Shown one piece after another: positions 23,771-36,407 of a stretch of DNA of 57,292 bases (the first letter of the stretch is position 1; each line of letters opens with the position of its first letter). Location of the stretch: NCBI GenBank assembly GCA_009602725.1, contig WELB01000014.1:848756-906047 (forward strand). Reading direction: 5' to 3'. The notes below the pieces were generated by a model, which searched no databases, was not told the origin of the DNA, and worked only from the letters and a program-made list of their open reading frames with translations. The stretch is from Spirogloea muscicola (taxonomy: Eukaryota). The position numbers were made by a program, and so were the translations under genes.

Positions 23771-24706
23771 TCAACAGTCCTGTCTTGCGCAACTATTCTG
23801 GCTGCTTCCATTTGGGATGTTGGATAAGTCAGTGCGGTGCTCCTGCTGTGCCCCATTCTCCTGGTGACTCTCATACCTGCTTTGAAGGGACCCTTTCATT
23901 CTTGTCATGTCCTGCTCTAAGGTGCTCAATCGCTCCTTCATGTTCAAGTGCTCAAGAAGCAGCTGCATTACAGCCTGCTTCAGGCTATTGGTAAGCTGTC
24001 TGCAGTGCTTGTTCACGCAATGATGCACCTCCTTCGACCACCAGCGACAACACTTCAACTCACTCTCCTTCACATGGTCCAGATCGCCCTGCACCATGCC
24101 TGTGCTGCCCCTCTCAGCAAGAGTGCCTGACGTGGGAGCAATAGCATCCCCGACCTGCTCCTGGCCATTACCCATCGATAGATGGCCTTCTTGTACGCCA
24201 TCTCTTCCAACATTCAGCCGAACAAATTGGTCCCTCATGGACCCAAAGGCGTCAACACCAAGGAGCTCTGCCGTATCGGTCATGTAACCGCGCCCGCCCG
24301 CCGTGTGCTTGACACCAAGCATCTTGTTGTGCATTATGAACTGGGTGGTGTTGCGAGGTGCCGGAGGAACGGAGCTGAGGCGCCTGGCCCTCTGCTTTGA
24401 GGCTCGAGTCCCACAGTGGCCCTTGCGCGCCCGCCCATGGCCCCCAGCGCGACCGTGCAGCATACTGAGCTTGTGACGGGGACGGAGCTTGCCGTGCAGG
24501 CCTTTGCCATGCGGTGCAGGACGACCATGACCATCGGCAGGACTGCCGGCAAGGCCACAAGCAGCCGTAAGCCGGCTGTGGGCATGACCAGCAGCGGCAT
24601 CAGGCCTCACGGCAGAGACGTGCCCGCCCGCCGTATCGACGACACTGTGGGCACGCCCTGACTCGTGCTGGGCGCCATGGAGAGACATGGGGTCCTCGGC
24701 TGCCAT
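23771..24706 (-). CDS. HEXIM-motif (APxNTTQF) coiled-coil protein, plant PRLI-interacting factor A-like
   Basis: A basic His/Arg-rich stretch is followed by PPAPRNTTQFIM, DAFGSM and a C-terminal heptad region (LLLEHLNMKERLSTLEQDMTRMK). The start codon and possible introns are uncertain. Confidence 0.6.
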   Translation of the reverse strand: MAAEDPMSLHGAQHESGRAHSVVDTAGGHVSAVRPDAAAGHAHSRLTAACGLAGSPADGHGRPAPHGKGLHGKLRPRHKLSMLHGRAGGHGRARKGHCGTRASKQRARRLSSVPPAPRNTTQFIMHNKMLGVKHTAGGRGYMTDTAELLGVDAFGSMRDQFVRLNVGRDGVQEGHLSMGNGQEQVGDAIAPTSGTLAERGSTGMVQGDLDHVKESELKCCRWWSKEVHHCVNKHCRQLTNSLKQAVMQLLLEHLNMKERLSTLEQDMTRMKGSLQSRYESHQENGAQQEHRTDLSNIPNGSSQNSCARQDC

Positions 24707-25189
24707 GCCTGCCTTACCTGCTCGGGCGCGGCGCTCCGGCCAATATGGCTTGGAGACCCTTCCCACACAGCCCGAGACGAGCCGAGCCGGAGGCGCCGCA
24801 GCAAAGAGCACACGCAGAGGCGTCAGCGAAGACGTGTCTGGAGAAGTGCAGGCTTCCAGATGGTGTGCTGCAAGCACGAGCAGGCGACGAGAGGCAGGCC
24901 TGAGGAGGTCGTGTGATGGGCAGGAAGGCGCAGCGGGGAGGGCGACTGCGGCGGCGGCGGCGGCGGCGGCGTCGGCGGCGGCGATGGCGTGTAACTAGGG
25001 TCGGCGTCAACGGCAAGTGGACTTTGGAGAGGGGGCGGGGGGGTATGTTGTAGAAAGGCCCGGGGCTAACCGATGGGCGGTTGGGTTCCAGAAGTTACTG
25101 AGAACAAGTTCCTGAGGCTCTCAAGAGGCGCCTCCAAATGAGGTGCCTCGGCTGCCTGCCAAGCGGCGCGCTTCCGACGCTCCAATGAG

Positions 25190-26340
25190 GTGCATCGCCA
25201 TGATTGACCTACGTCGGGGGCGTGGCGCTGCCGAGGGGGCTAGCCTTCTACTACCATCGCCCCCACTGGCCAGAGGATTAGTCCATGTGGGGAGTGTGGC
25301 TCTCCCAAATGGAGAGAGCCACACTCCCCATGGGGGCAAGGGCTTCCTTGCCCAGGTCTCTCTTCTTATCGCATGCGTCTGTCAAACTCCCTCCAGCGGT
25401 CCATAGCCCACGCCTTGCAACTTCGTGCTGGCCGTGCTCTCGCTGCAGCCTCTGGCTTTCGTCAGGGGAAATGACTTCCGGCAGCTAGTCCGTCGGATTT
25501 GAGGCTCCTCATTCGAGGCTCCTCTCTCGTAGCTACTGAGTGGTCCATCCTAGCCGTTCAGACAGCGTTTTAGGCCCCTCCGTCATTTGGCCCCTTCGAA
25601 CCTTTGTCAATTCTTTCCCGGGCTGGCTTTTCACATCCCTTGCCCACATTGGGAGAGCCACTTCTTCCTTGTGGGAAGTTCTTTCCTTGTTCTTAGTGTC
25701 TCTTCTTGATATCTTTGGGCTGGCCTCCCACTGCCTTGCATCGTCTCGAGCAGCAGGGCGAGCAGCCCGGCTTCAACGTAGCCGGGTCCCTCGCTCAGGT
25801 GTTCCGTATGCGTTTGGCCGTCTCGATGCAGCGGTCCCTCGCCTTCGCGGTTCACTTGCGCGCAGGCCGAGCTTTGGCGGCGGCCTCCGGCTTCCGTCAG
25901 GGCGACGTCTTTCCACCAGCTAGCTACTCGGATCTGCATCTCCTGTCTAGAGGTTACTGAGCGTTCCCTGGCTGATGTCTTAGTCCTAGTCGTTCGCACT
26001 CAAGCTCCCTCAGACCTTGTCCATTCTTTTGGGCTGGCCTTTCCCAGCCACCAGTCAATCTGGCCGCGCTTTCCTTGCATTGTAACAGCTGTCTGTCGAA
26101 TCGGTTATCTGCAGCCCTCGCCCACTCTGGCAGAGCAGCAGCTTTCCAACAGGGAGGGCTGCGAATGGGGAAGACAGCTTCCAGGAGAGGGACGTAGCTG
26201 TGAGAGACCAGCCCAGAAAACGAAGAAAGATGAAGGGGTCAGAGAAAGCTCCAAAGCACAGGATAAATTAGGTGGCCAACGGAGCACTTAGTAACCATGT
26301 TGAGCAGCCGGCTGTGAGAGGCCAGCTCGGAAAAGGATGG
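25190..26340. mobile_element. Cluster of CRE-like endonuclease-tail fragments and 3' units
   Basis: YRMRLSNSLQRSIAHALQLRAGRALAAASG at ~25367-25520, and AGSLAQVFRMRLAVSMQRSLA..SDLHLLSRGY* at 25780-25960. Stem-loop units lie at ~25620, 25717, 26031, 26195 (-) and 26310 (-). Confidence 0.8.
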
Positions 26341-27298
26341 ACGAGGTTGTCAAAGGGGCCGAAAGTTGCTCATTCACATAGCTATGCAAGTACCACAAAG
26401 GATCGTCAAGGATGGTCCCTGGCAGAGCTGTTATTTATGGACCTTGCTCACTTTTCTGTGGCTGGCTTAGCCCTCGTCCACCTTAGAAAACCTGCTTCTT
26501 TGTCTTCTTTGGCGCGCCTTCTCGCCTCTTTGGGAAGAGGTTTTTCATTCCTGCTGGTACAAATTCTGACTTGCGGTTGCTTGATTCGTAATTTGCATGA
26601 TGGCTACGTAATTGGCAGCTCTTTGCTAGGGTGATTGACCTTATATACGTTGGGGCTTCCTCTCGACCTGGTCCAATCATCTGGGCTGCCCTTCCAAGCC
26701 ACTGTGTCTCATCCGTGGGGCCTGCTGATTATGACTATCCTTTGCCTCGCTTGGGCAACGGCCCTTGCAGCAAATACCTCCATTTGCTCAACCTGTGCCG
26801 GCCTGGTGTGGAAAGCTGGGGCTCTACCAGGGAGGCAAATTTGAGAGAATGCAGAAGCCTCGTCAGACACCGAAATTCTGCACTTCCAAGATCCTGAGCT
26901 CGTGCGAACTATGTGTTAGCTGTTTCCGTGCCTGCAAACTGCTGGTCAAGTTTGCATTCAGCAATATGGCATGTGCCCTGCATCAGTAAAGTGTCTCGTA
27001 AACATGTCCTGTGTCTTCTTATACAAAGCTACAACTAGAGTCTGTAAATAAAGACCGTTCTTTGATACGCAACAGCACTGCAAATTTACTTCGTGATCCA
27101 TGATACAACCACAACTCAAGAGGACGATGTATGTATCGTGGATTCCCATGTAGGTGCCTACAGGGCAAATGAGTTAGTGACCTAGCGTAGTCAGGGTGTA
27201 CAAGCTCGTCCTCATTTGCTGCTGATTGGAGGCAAGGAGCTATCTCAGTGAAAGTAAGTGCAGCACACTAGACACTGCCGGGCAACACTCGACTGTGA

Positions 27299-30200
27299 TC
27301 AGGGTGCATTCATCTGAGCCCATTTGCCAAGCTCACCTGGATGCACATATCTATACAGTCTCACTTTGTTCTGCAAGGACAAGCCACACACTGTTGCTTC
27401 CCTACCCCCCAGGTCGCCATGATCCAAGAGGGATTCATCAGGGCAGCCGGTGATATCACCAGTGACTTCAAGGATAATAACCCTTGCGCTTGTCGGAGAG
27501 GAAAAATCAAAGCAGAATGATGTACCTGGTCGAACTACAGGTACAGCAAACTCGCCCAAAGGAAGAGGCCCTCGAGAATCCTGGCACAAGAATGCCTCAG
27601 ATTGTTACTCAATGTAAGGAAAATCTGGCAGCTGAAGCCTCATCGCTTTTCATGAGGATGCTGCCTGAAGCTCTGAAGGTGCAACGCTGTCACTTGTCAA
27701 TCACATTAGAGATTGCAAGAATCTGATTTTACAGCTTGTAATACTACAATCAATGGGCCCAGTAAAGCCATGAAGGCAAACGATGTACAGACCTGCACAG
27801 CTGAGACATGTACAATGAGTGGCCCAGTGGCTAGGAGGTTATCACTGAGGGCATGCTTCAGCATCTCAGCTTCAGCTGAATCCTTGTAATCAGCAGCTTG
27901 TGCCAGAACCGGTGATGTGCTCAGGCCACAACTTAGGGCCTCTAATCTGAAGCCAGCAACTTCTTGAACCAGTGGGTGTACAACCATTTCAATAATTCGC
28001 CCGCCTGCTCGGCTCCTTTCACCTTCCACTTGAACCTGCAGTAATGTATGCGCAAAGTGTGCACAGGAGAAGGGCAGGTTAGCTGTGGTGGGCATCATTG
28101 GCATGAAGCTTCCTAGACTCAGGAGCTGCGGAGCCTCGCAGCTTTCAAAGAAAGGAATGTTTGTTGTGCAGACTCCTCTAACCCCGTGGGATAGCCCTCC
28201 ACGATTTAGAATTGACAAGGAATAGCTATCTTGCCTACTATACTCTGCTCATCCAGTGAGATTTATGGTCTCAGGCAGTATTCCAATGCAAGGATGCAGG
28301 TGTGAAGAAAAGACAGCCACTTATTTGGGGCACCATCATAACCACAGAGGCTCACCCTGGAACGGACAAGTCTTGGGGAAGTCTCTAGCAGAGCAGCATA
28401 GGTAGCTGTTTCAGAGCCCTGATTTTTAGCAAGGGCTGCAAACTCATTGAAGTCGGGGACTCCCAGAAGTACTATCCTCCTCAATGTCAGGGTTGGTAAT
28501 ATTCCAGCTTGTGTGCTAGAAGGTAATGGAGGAGGCATGTCATCCATGCTAAGCAGGTCAAGCAGAGGTGGAGACTGAGAAATTTGGGTTGTCTTAACTT
28601 CGACTTTCAGTGACACAATCCTGCAGTAGGTAGGTGATTCGAGGTCCAAGACAATGTGCTGCTGGTCATTGATGAACTTCCAATTTCCTGCTAACTTGCG
28701 CTCTGTTACGTTGTTGCCAGTCCACATATTCACCTGCAAAAGATTGCAGACTCCGTCAACAACGTCGAAGTGGCCAGGTATTGACAAGGTACATGAGTAC
28801 ATGTAAGACAACCTCTGTATGGTCAATATTATCATGTGATAGCAACAGATGGCATCCAACACGAGCTACACAGCTGTAGGTTGGCACGAAGAATGGCAAA
28901 TAATCAGAACCACTCATATAATAACATACCGCCAACTCATATGGTGCATGTGCAGTAGGGACAAGATAGAAGGCAAGCTTGAAAAGTATTCCAGGAGTGG
29001 AGAGGACTATGGAGAGGTCAACTGAAAGTGCTCCAGCTGGTGCTTGCCAGCAAGCTGCCGGCGTTTTCAGATTAGGCCTCCACAGCAATGACTGGGCAGG
29101 CCCGTAACCATCTGCCGTGGGTACCTGACAGTAGAAATAAAAAGAGCAACTGCCAGCTGAAAACAAGAATGAGAAGACATTCCTGCAAGCCAACCAGAAG
29201 ATTTTCCCGGTTTTATCTACTGCTTGTCCTGGTGCAAATGTCATTGCATGTATGTTGTGGTTGCCTTGCAATAGAAGCACACATGTAATGCATATTGTTA
29301 CTTACAGCAAATAGCAAAGCCCCATATGGGTGTTCAGCTAGTGAAACAAATTCCTGGCGAATTCCTGGCACACCTCCTTCTGGCCCCCTATTCCAGACAC
29401 CAGAGTTGCGGAGCATCGACAGGGCTGCAGCAGCACTATCTAAGAGCTGGCAGGTTTGTCTCCTTGTCTCTAAGGCTCGGACCTGATTCAGTAGCAAAGC
29501 ATTCCTGACCAAAGATGGGCAGCAGTCCCAGCAAAGCATGGCCTTCACAGTATGTGCCTTTGCGCTTCTTGAGGTGGATGCATGAGAGGCAGGTGCAACT
29601 ATGGCAAGCCTCTCCACTAGCTGTGTACCAGCTGTACCAGCAACACAGGCTCCACAAGCCATCCTCTTACAGGACTGGCATGCTTGAAGGGGCGCAGAAC
29701 TTCCAATTCTTCCTTGCACATACTCTGATTCATCCATGTCTGCTAATGGATCATGTCTACCCCCCTTGCCAGATCCCACCTCACAGTCCTGTCGTATGCA
29801 CCTACCCAGGAGGTCACCCTGGTCGGCAGTTGTCTGACCCTCTTCATGGACCAGTCGCGACAACTGTGCAGCTGCTCTGTGTACTTGGAGGAGCTCCTGC
29901 GCGGTGCTTAGCAGATGGTTTGGATTTAGGGAGTGGGGGTCTTTTCCAAGTTTAAGAAGGACTTGCTCCCTCTCAAGAGATGACAAGCCAAGCCTGAGCC
30001 TTGCAGCATCAAGTCTCAGCGCCAAACTGAAGCTCATGACCTCATCCTGCAGCCCACAATGGAAAAAAACAAACAATGAAAGTGCAGATTGGAAGTGAAA
30101 ATCTAGCTACCAAAGTGCCTGTTGAAAGAAGGTGGTGGCAGAACAGAGGCAAGAACAGAGGTGACAGACAAGCATCCTGTAACTAGTGACAAACTCATGC

Positions 30201-33200
30201 TAAAACAGAGCTTTTCTAATCTACTCTTGGTGCAATTATGACTTTGCAGCTATTTATCCTTGTGAAGCAGTGATGGCTAGCTCACCCTCTGTGGGCTGCA
30301 GATCTTGTGGACTAGGTTTTGATAAATTCCAAGTGCTGAAGACCTCCTGCTGGCAGAATGTTCAAAATCCGCAGTTGTAGGAGGCAGAGGTGCATTTCTC
30401 TGTGGAGCTTTCCTCAAACCTGCTGGGTTAACTACGCTACTCTCACCAAGAGGAGCTCCACTGACAGCATCTTGCACGCCCAGAGGATCCCCCGAACGCA
30501 GGTCAAAGGTCACTGGCTGTTCAGGCTTTGCTGAGTGCGTGCTGCTCCTAGATGCATCTTCAGAGCCTTGACTTGGTGCTACACCACCTGAGTTACGAGG
30601 TAACCGCTGAGAGGCTTGTGATGGTGGTGAAAATCGATAACCAAGTAAGGATGCACCGAGCACCTCCAACTGCAAGGCAAGCAAGCATTGCCAGAATGAC
30701 AGCGTGACTATCGAAGAATGTCAGTTTTATGTTGTCGAAATGGACGGATGCTAATCATAGTAGACTTTTGCAGCCAAGGTAGCCAACCTGTCCAAGCGTC
30801 ATCGGTACCCCAGGCACCGCTGGGTAGAAGGTGACGGCAACTACACGGGTGAGGAAATTATACTGTTTGTCTGTTTGCTCATAATTGTACAGCATAAAGG
30901 GCTTGTTGTTTGAGTGCCATCTCCCAGATGCTAGTCCGTTAGCACATCCTGCCAGATTGTACAGCAGAGCTGTCCCTGCTGGACACCTGGGTATGCTTGC
31001 CCCCTGTGGTAGAATGGGACAGTAGAATGCTGAGTTTGGTTAGGCCTATATATGTGCAGCGCCACCGTTACAGCAACTGACATATTAACAGTAAATGACA
31101 ATGATATCATGCGCATTTAACAATCTGGACTTATTGACATTGCCCTGATTGCATATCTGCTGATACCTGCTTTCACAATGTAAAAGAAAGACAATCAGTC
31201 CTCCTCACCTCTAGAAGCAGCTGCATGTCATCCAAGTGTTGGCCAGCACGCACATCCATGCAGGACGGTGTTGAGCCGTCATCAATACCATGCGCTGACG
31301 TCAAGATAAGCGCACTGATGTGACAGGGCTCTTTGAGATATATATAGACCTCTACTATGTCTGCTGCACCAGGACAGACCTGCACAGACAAAGAAGTAAT
31401 TGGCTCAACCAGTGGTACATATACCAGCTGTCTGATAAGCACCAGCTGATAGTTGTACAGGATCAGCTTTTGCTTGGAGCTCATTGAAAACATCACCACA
31501 TAGTTTTGCCTGCATACTCAGCCCCATCTTTTTTGCCACACTCAAATATCTGGCCATAGCCTGCTCTTAAAGTCTACTGCTTCCTGCATCAACGCTCTGG
31601 ACATCAACAATGGCCAAGCTAACAGCACGTACATCACACAAGTCAAGACAACTGCAAGATTGGATACGTGGACGTCGAGACGGCACCGTGGTTCCAGTAG
31701 GGGTCAACGGACCTTACCCAGGTGATGCTATTTGTTCTCTGGCTCAACAGGGCCTCAAGAGGATGCATGTCTTGGGAATGGGCTGGTACTGGCTTGAGCA
31801 GACATGCATAAGCACGACTAAGGACCTTACAACCAGGAAGATGATCAAATTGCACATCAGCAGTGATCAAAACACCGAAAGAAAGTGGTTATTCTCATCC
31901 TCAGAGACCATAGCCTTACCTATGGTCATCTGGATCACAGCACAGTGGTGTGGGCAGCTTACACAGTGGACTTGTCAAGCACATGAGATCATTCACAAAC
32001 CTCCAGGGGTCTGAGAGCAAGGGAAGGAAAGATCTTCGGGAGGGCTAACCCCAGAAAGGCCTCCACCTGCCTCTGTCTAGAGGAGTCCACTACCATGTTG
32101 AGATAGCGGCGTTGCAGCGTGATAGCAACATTGCTCGCAGCATTGGCTCGCCTTATTTTGGCAGGGTCTTCACTGAAGATCTGGATGATGTGGGAGTGCA
32201 TGGCTTTGGAGCCCGTGTACAGAAGAGCATGAATGTCGCCTGCTATGAGGAAAAGCTCCGCCAGAGCTGCTATAGGAGCAGCAAGAGCCCTTGCCTTGAG
32301 AGCCTCGACTGACGAGTCAAACCAAGCCCATGGTTCTGCCTCATCAACCATTGAGCTCCGCACCTCTACTGGCTCACTTGCTCGTCTTTCATCAACCGCT
32401 TTATGCTTGTCTGCAACATCCCGGCGATTGAACGCACTTGCAGCCGCAATCAGCTCCGATGGACGAGTCCAAGTCGTCACACGTCTGATGTGATCAATGT
32501 AGAAGTACTGGCCAGATGCGTGCTTCCGCATCTCCCAACCTGGTGGCAGAGGAGGTGGCTCACTACTTTGCGCTGAAGAAGAAGCGGCAGAAGTACTTGT
32601 CCGACCAGTCACTGAGTCATCGTTCACCCCTAGAGAAGCTGCACCCGAATTGAGTCCTGCGTTTCTGCTGGAGGTTGCCTTCAACGAGCTGCCTAGTCTT
32701 GAGCACTGCTCTGCAAGAACCTGCACGCCCCCAAAGAAGCTGGCAGCATTTGTCCTATCTAAAGAGTCTGCGCAATTGTAGCGTATCACTCCTGTTTGCA
32801 ATGTGCTGAGTGTAAACTGCCCATCGACCTGACCATTCGAAGCCCCTGCAATTACTCCATGGTCCTTAAGTGTGATGGGAATGTATTCTCCACTTGTGAA
32901 CGCCACACGCTTAGTTGGCTCCCTCAGTACTCGCCAGAGGTCCTCAACTGTCCTTGTTTCTCCCACAGCCTTGGTACTGGCATGCCAGTCAAAATTCAGT
33001 GCCACCAGCTCAGCTTTTGGCAGCTCCTTGTTTGTGACAATCTGTCGAATACTGTGGTGGAGGTGCTCTGTCAGCACTGATTCTGGCTTCCCTGGACCGT
33101 TCCTGAGCAGGTTGAGTACATATATAGGGGTCTGTGCAGCATACGTTCCTCTTTGCTCTCGGCTTCGGCCACCATATCGTAGCTGCAGTCGCTTGTAATA

Positions 33201-35110
33201 TGTAGCAGCTCCTTCATAGGGTTTGTCAGACACGAAGATCTCTGCTTCACTGACATAAGTCTTTATCTCCGCACCCCACCATATTGGAACAGTCCCTCGC
33301 CGCCACACGTAGGTGCAAAATGACGATCTACCTGCTGAAAGCACTCCAGCTTCTGCCTGCCAGACAAGCTGCTCGCACTCCACCTCATTGCCTGCATCGT
33401 AAGCATTCTGACTTGCCCTCAGCACTCTTATGTCAAGGTAAGAGCACTGAGGTGTCAGCCAAATAAGCAGGCCTACTAGGTGCTATCACAGCTCCATTGG
33501 AAATGACTGACACAGATAGTTGAGTATTATATCGCACTTGAGTACCAGTGCTAGCTGCAGCATTCAGGCCCCTGGCCAAATATCTTGTGCCTGGATGCAT
33601 CCGACTCCTCCTCGCCACCAGCGCAACGTTCAGTAGCTTGTCACAAGCGTCCGTGAAAGTGCGGCTCTCAGCCATACCCTGTGGAGTTTGACATGATCCT
33701 TTAGTGGCAATGATTTGCATTGTCGTCACCCCGAATTTGTAAAGGGCCACAGAATGTGAATGTGCAAAAGCAGTGTTCTGACGAGTTGCGGAACAGTTTC
33801 ATCATCTTGTGGACTATCGTGGACGATCTGAATAATGCAAGACTGCCAACTCTCAAATTCTCTACTAAGAGCACCACATAGCTGCGCAGATGCATGAGTC
33901 CCATGCTCTCAAGAGTTGGCAAAACCAATCTACTGAGGAAGCAAGACTATGAACCAAATATCTGAGCAGGCACCAATGATCTCAACAAGTACATGTGCTT
34001 AACCCAGATGCCAACTTGGAAATGAGGGAGAGGAGGCCGTCATACCTGGAGAAGAACAACACAGTGGTGCTTCAAGCCGATGTCTTTGAAAGGAGAAGAA
34101 AGCCATTCGTTCCAAACAAACTCCTCATCAGGATCATCGACGTTGTTGTCACTCGGAAACGGTCTTGTTATGTCCCTGGTCTCACAATAAAAGTGGACAT
34201 TGTCTATTAATATATTCATGAGGTCTTCGGCAGCCTTCAGCTCTGCCTTTGTCTGGACGTTTGGCATTCGCAGACGAGCCCTGACCCACTGGCTTTCTGC
34301 AGTGTGGCAAGCACGCAGATGATGAGCGCCCCCCAGAAACTATCAGGACTCAGACAAAGAAGCGAGACAGATTCGTGTTTCCTTGACTTTGCAGCAGGCC
34401 TTGTGGACCCTTTACCTATTAAGTGGTCATTTTGACCCGTCAAGTACATGCTTTAAGCGCTTCAGTGGACCACATGACCCTGTGGACAGTACCTGTGACT
34501 GTGTGAACAGCATTGCCTCCAGGCAGGCTTGGAATCGACAAATTAGTCTTGGTGGCCAAGAGTACCGCGCCAACTGCTCCGATCACAGCATAACCGATCA
34601 GAGCCTTGCCTTGCACTGCAGACTTGATGGGAAACCGGCCAGCGGCTGTGATGTGTTCGAGGCAATCATGCTCCATTGGGAACACACTAAGTCCACTGCG
34701 ACCACAGTGATTCAGCGCCCCCGTGGTGGGATCCACAGCGATGAGCTTGGTATCTCTCTCTCGTGGGGAGCTGGAGACTATGTATAAGTCCCCGGACACC
34801 AGCTCCACCACAGTCAACTCCCCACCCACCCATCCCCTGACGTATGACACAGAGCGTCAGGTCACTCATTCCTTGCGCCGCAGTGCTATTTGGCCATGGA
34901 AATCAATCATCCCCTCTGACTTCGTCCAATGCAATATCAGGATATCAAGTAGCGCACATCTCCTGTGTCCAACATGTGCCTAGGAAAGAGCATCAAAGAT
35001 GGTCGCAAGGAGCTACACTGCCCTTTGACGAGGGAGAGGGCTCACTCAGCTGCGCCGCGATGCTCCAACGCCGTCCAGTCGAGCGGCGCCCAGCGTCGTT
35101 GCTCCAACAT
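27299..35110 (-). CDS. SAC9: SAC9-type phosphoinositide phosphatase (SAC domain, WW domain, long C-terminus), multi-exon
   Basis: N-terminal VDPTTGAL..LIGYAVIG..LPGG; SRMHPGTRYLARGLN; VWRRGTVPIWWGAE; catalytic RYNCADSLDRTN; WW domain LPPGWEMR..FYIDH..TTW..P; C-terminal NKVRLYRY..ELGKW. The first exon 35110-35046 is phase-compatible with the acceptor at 34837. Confidence 0.92.
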
Positions 35111-35561
35111 CCTCCAGGAGCAGACTAGCCGTCAGCTGACCACCACGAGACGAGCTACAGAAGCTCCTGCGCAGCGGGCGCCGTGGGAGGCCCCGCCTCG
35201 GGCATGTGGCGCATGCTGCGGGGCCTCGGAGTCGATCCTGCGACCTCCTCTTTGTCCGCAGAAGCGCGCAAAGGCCTGGGCGGACGACGGTGGCAGCGCC
35301 GCAACGCCGGGCTCCGCGGCGCAGGCTCCTGTGCCGGGGTTGTTGGCGCTCGGGAAGGGGGAGGGGAGGTAACGGCGGCTCCGGCCGACGGGGCCCGTCA
35401 ACGGAGAGGCTGCCGACAACGACGGACCAGGGGAGACTTACCGTCGTTTCGTCGGCGTGTCGTCTCCCCGCGTTGACGGCCTTGACTCCGCGGCGCTCCC
35501 CCCAACCTCCCCCCACCACCCCCACCCCACCACACTCTCTCTCTCCCTCTCTCTCTCTCTC

Positions 35562-36407
35562 NNNNNNNNNNNNNNNNNNNNNNNNNNNNNNNNNNNNNNN
35601 NNNNNNNNNNNNNNNNNNNNNNNNNNNNNNNNNNNNNNNNNNNNNNNNNNNNNNNNNNNNNNNNNNNNNNNNNNNNNNNNNNNNNNNNNNNNNNNNNNNN
35701 NNNNNNNNNNNNNNNNNNNNNNNNNNNNNNNNNNNNNNNNNNNNNNNNNNNNNNNNNNNNNNNNNNNNNNNNNNNNNNNNNNNNNNNNNNNNNNNNNNNN
35801 NNNNNNNNNNNNNNNNNNNNNNNNNNNNNNNNNNNNNNNNNNNNNNNNNNNNNNNNNNNNNNNNNNNNNNNNNNNNNNNNNNNNNNNNNNNNNNNNNNNN
35901 NNNNNNNNNNNNNNNNNNNNNNNNNNNNNNNNNNNNNNNNNNNNNNNNNNNNNNNNNNNNNNNNNNNNNNNNNNNNNNNNNNNNNNNNNNNNNNNNNNNN
36001 NNNNNNNNNNNNNNNNNNNNNNNNNNNNNNNNNNNNNNNNNNNNNNNNNNNNNNNNNNNNNNNNNNNNNNNNNNNNNNNNNNNNNNNNNNNNNNNNNNNN
36101 NNNNNNNNNNNNNNNNNNNNNNNNNNNNNNNNNNNNNNNNNNNNNNNNNNNNNNNNNNNNNNNNNNNNNNNNNNNNNNNNNNNNNNNNNNNNNNNNNNNN
36201 NNNNNNNNNNNNNNNNNNNNNNNNNNNNNNNNNNNNNNNNNNNNNNNNNNNNNNNNNNNNNNNNNNNNNNNNNNNNNNNNNNNNNNNNNNNNNNNNNNNN
36301 NNNNNNNNNNNNNNNNNNNNNNNNNNNNNNNNNNNNNNNNNNNNNNNNNNNNNNNNNNNNNNNNNNNNNNNNNNNNNNNNNNNNNNNNNNNNNNNNNNNN
36401 NNNNNNN
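35562..36407. other. Assembly gap (N run) preceded by a (CT)n microsatellite
   Basis: Run of N; CT repeats at 35535-35561. Confidence 1.
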
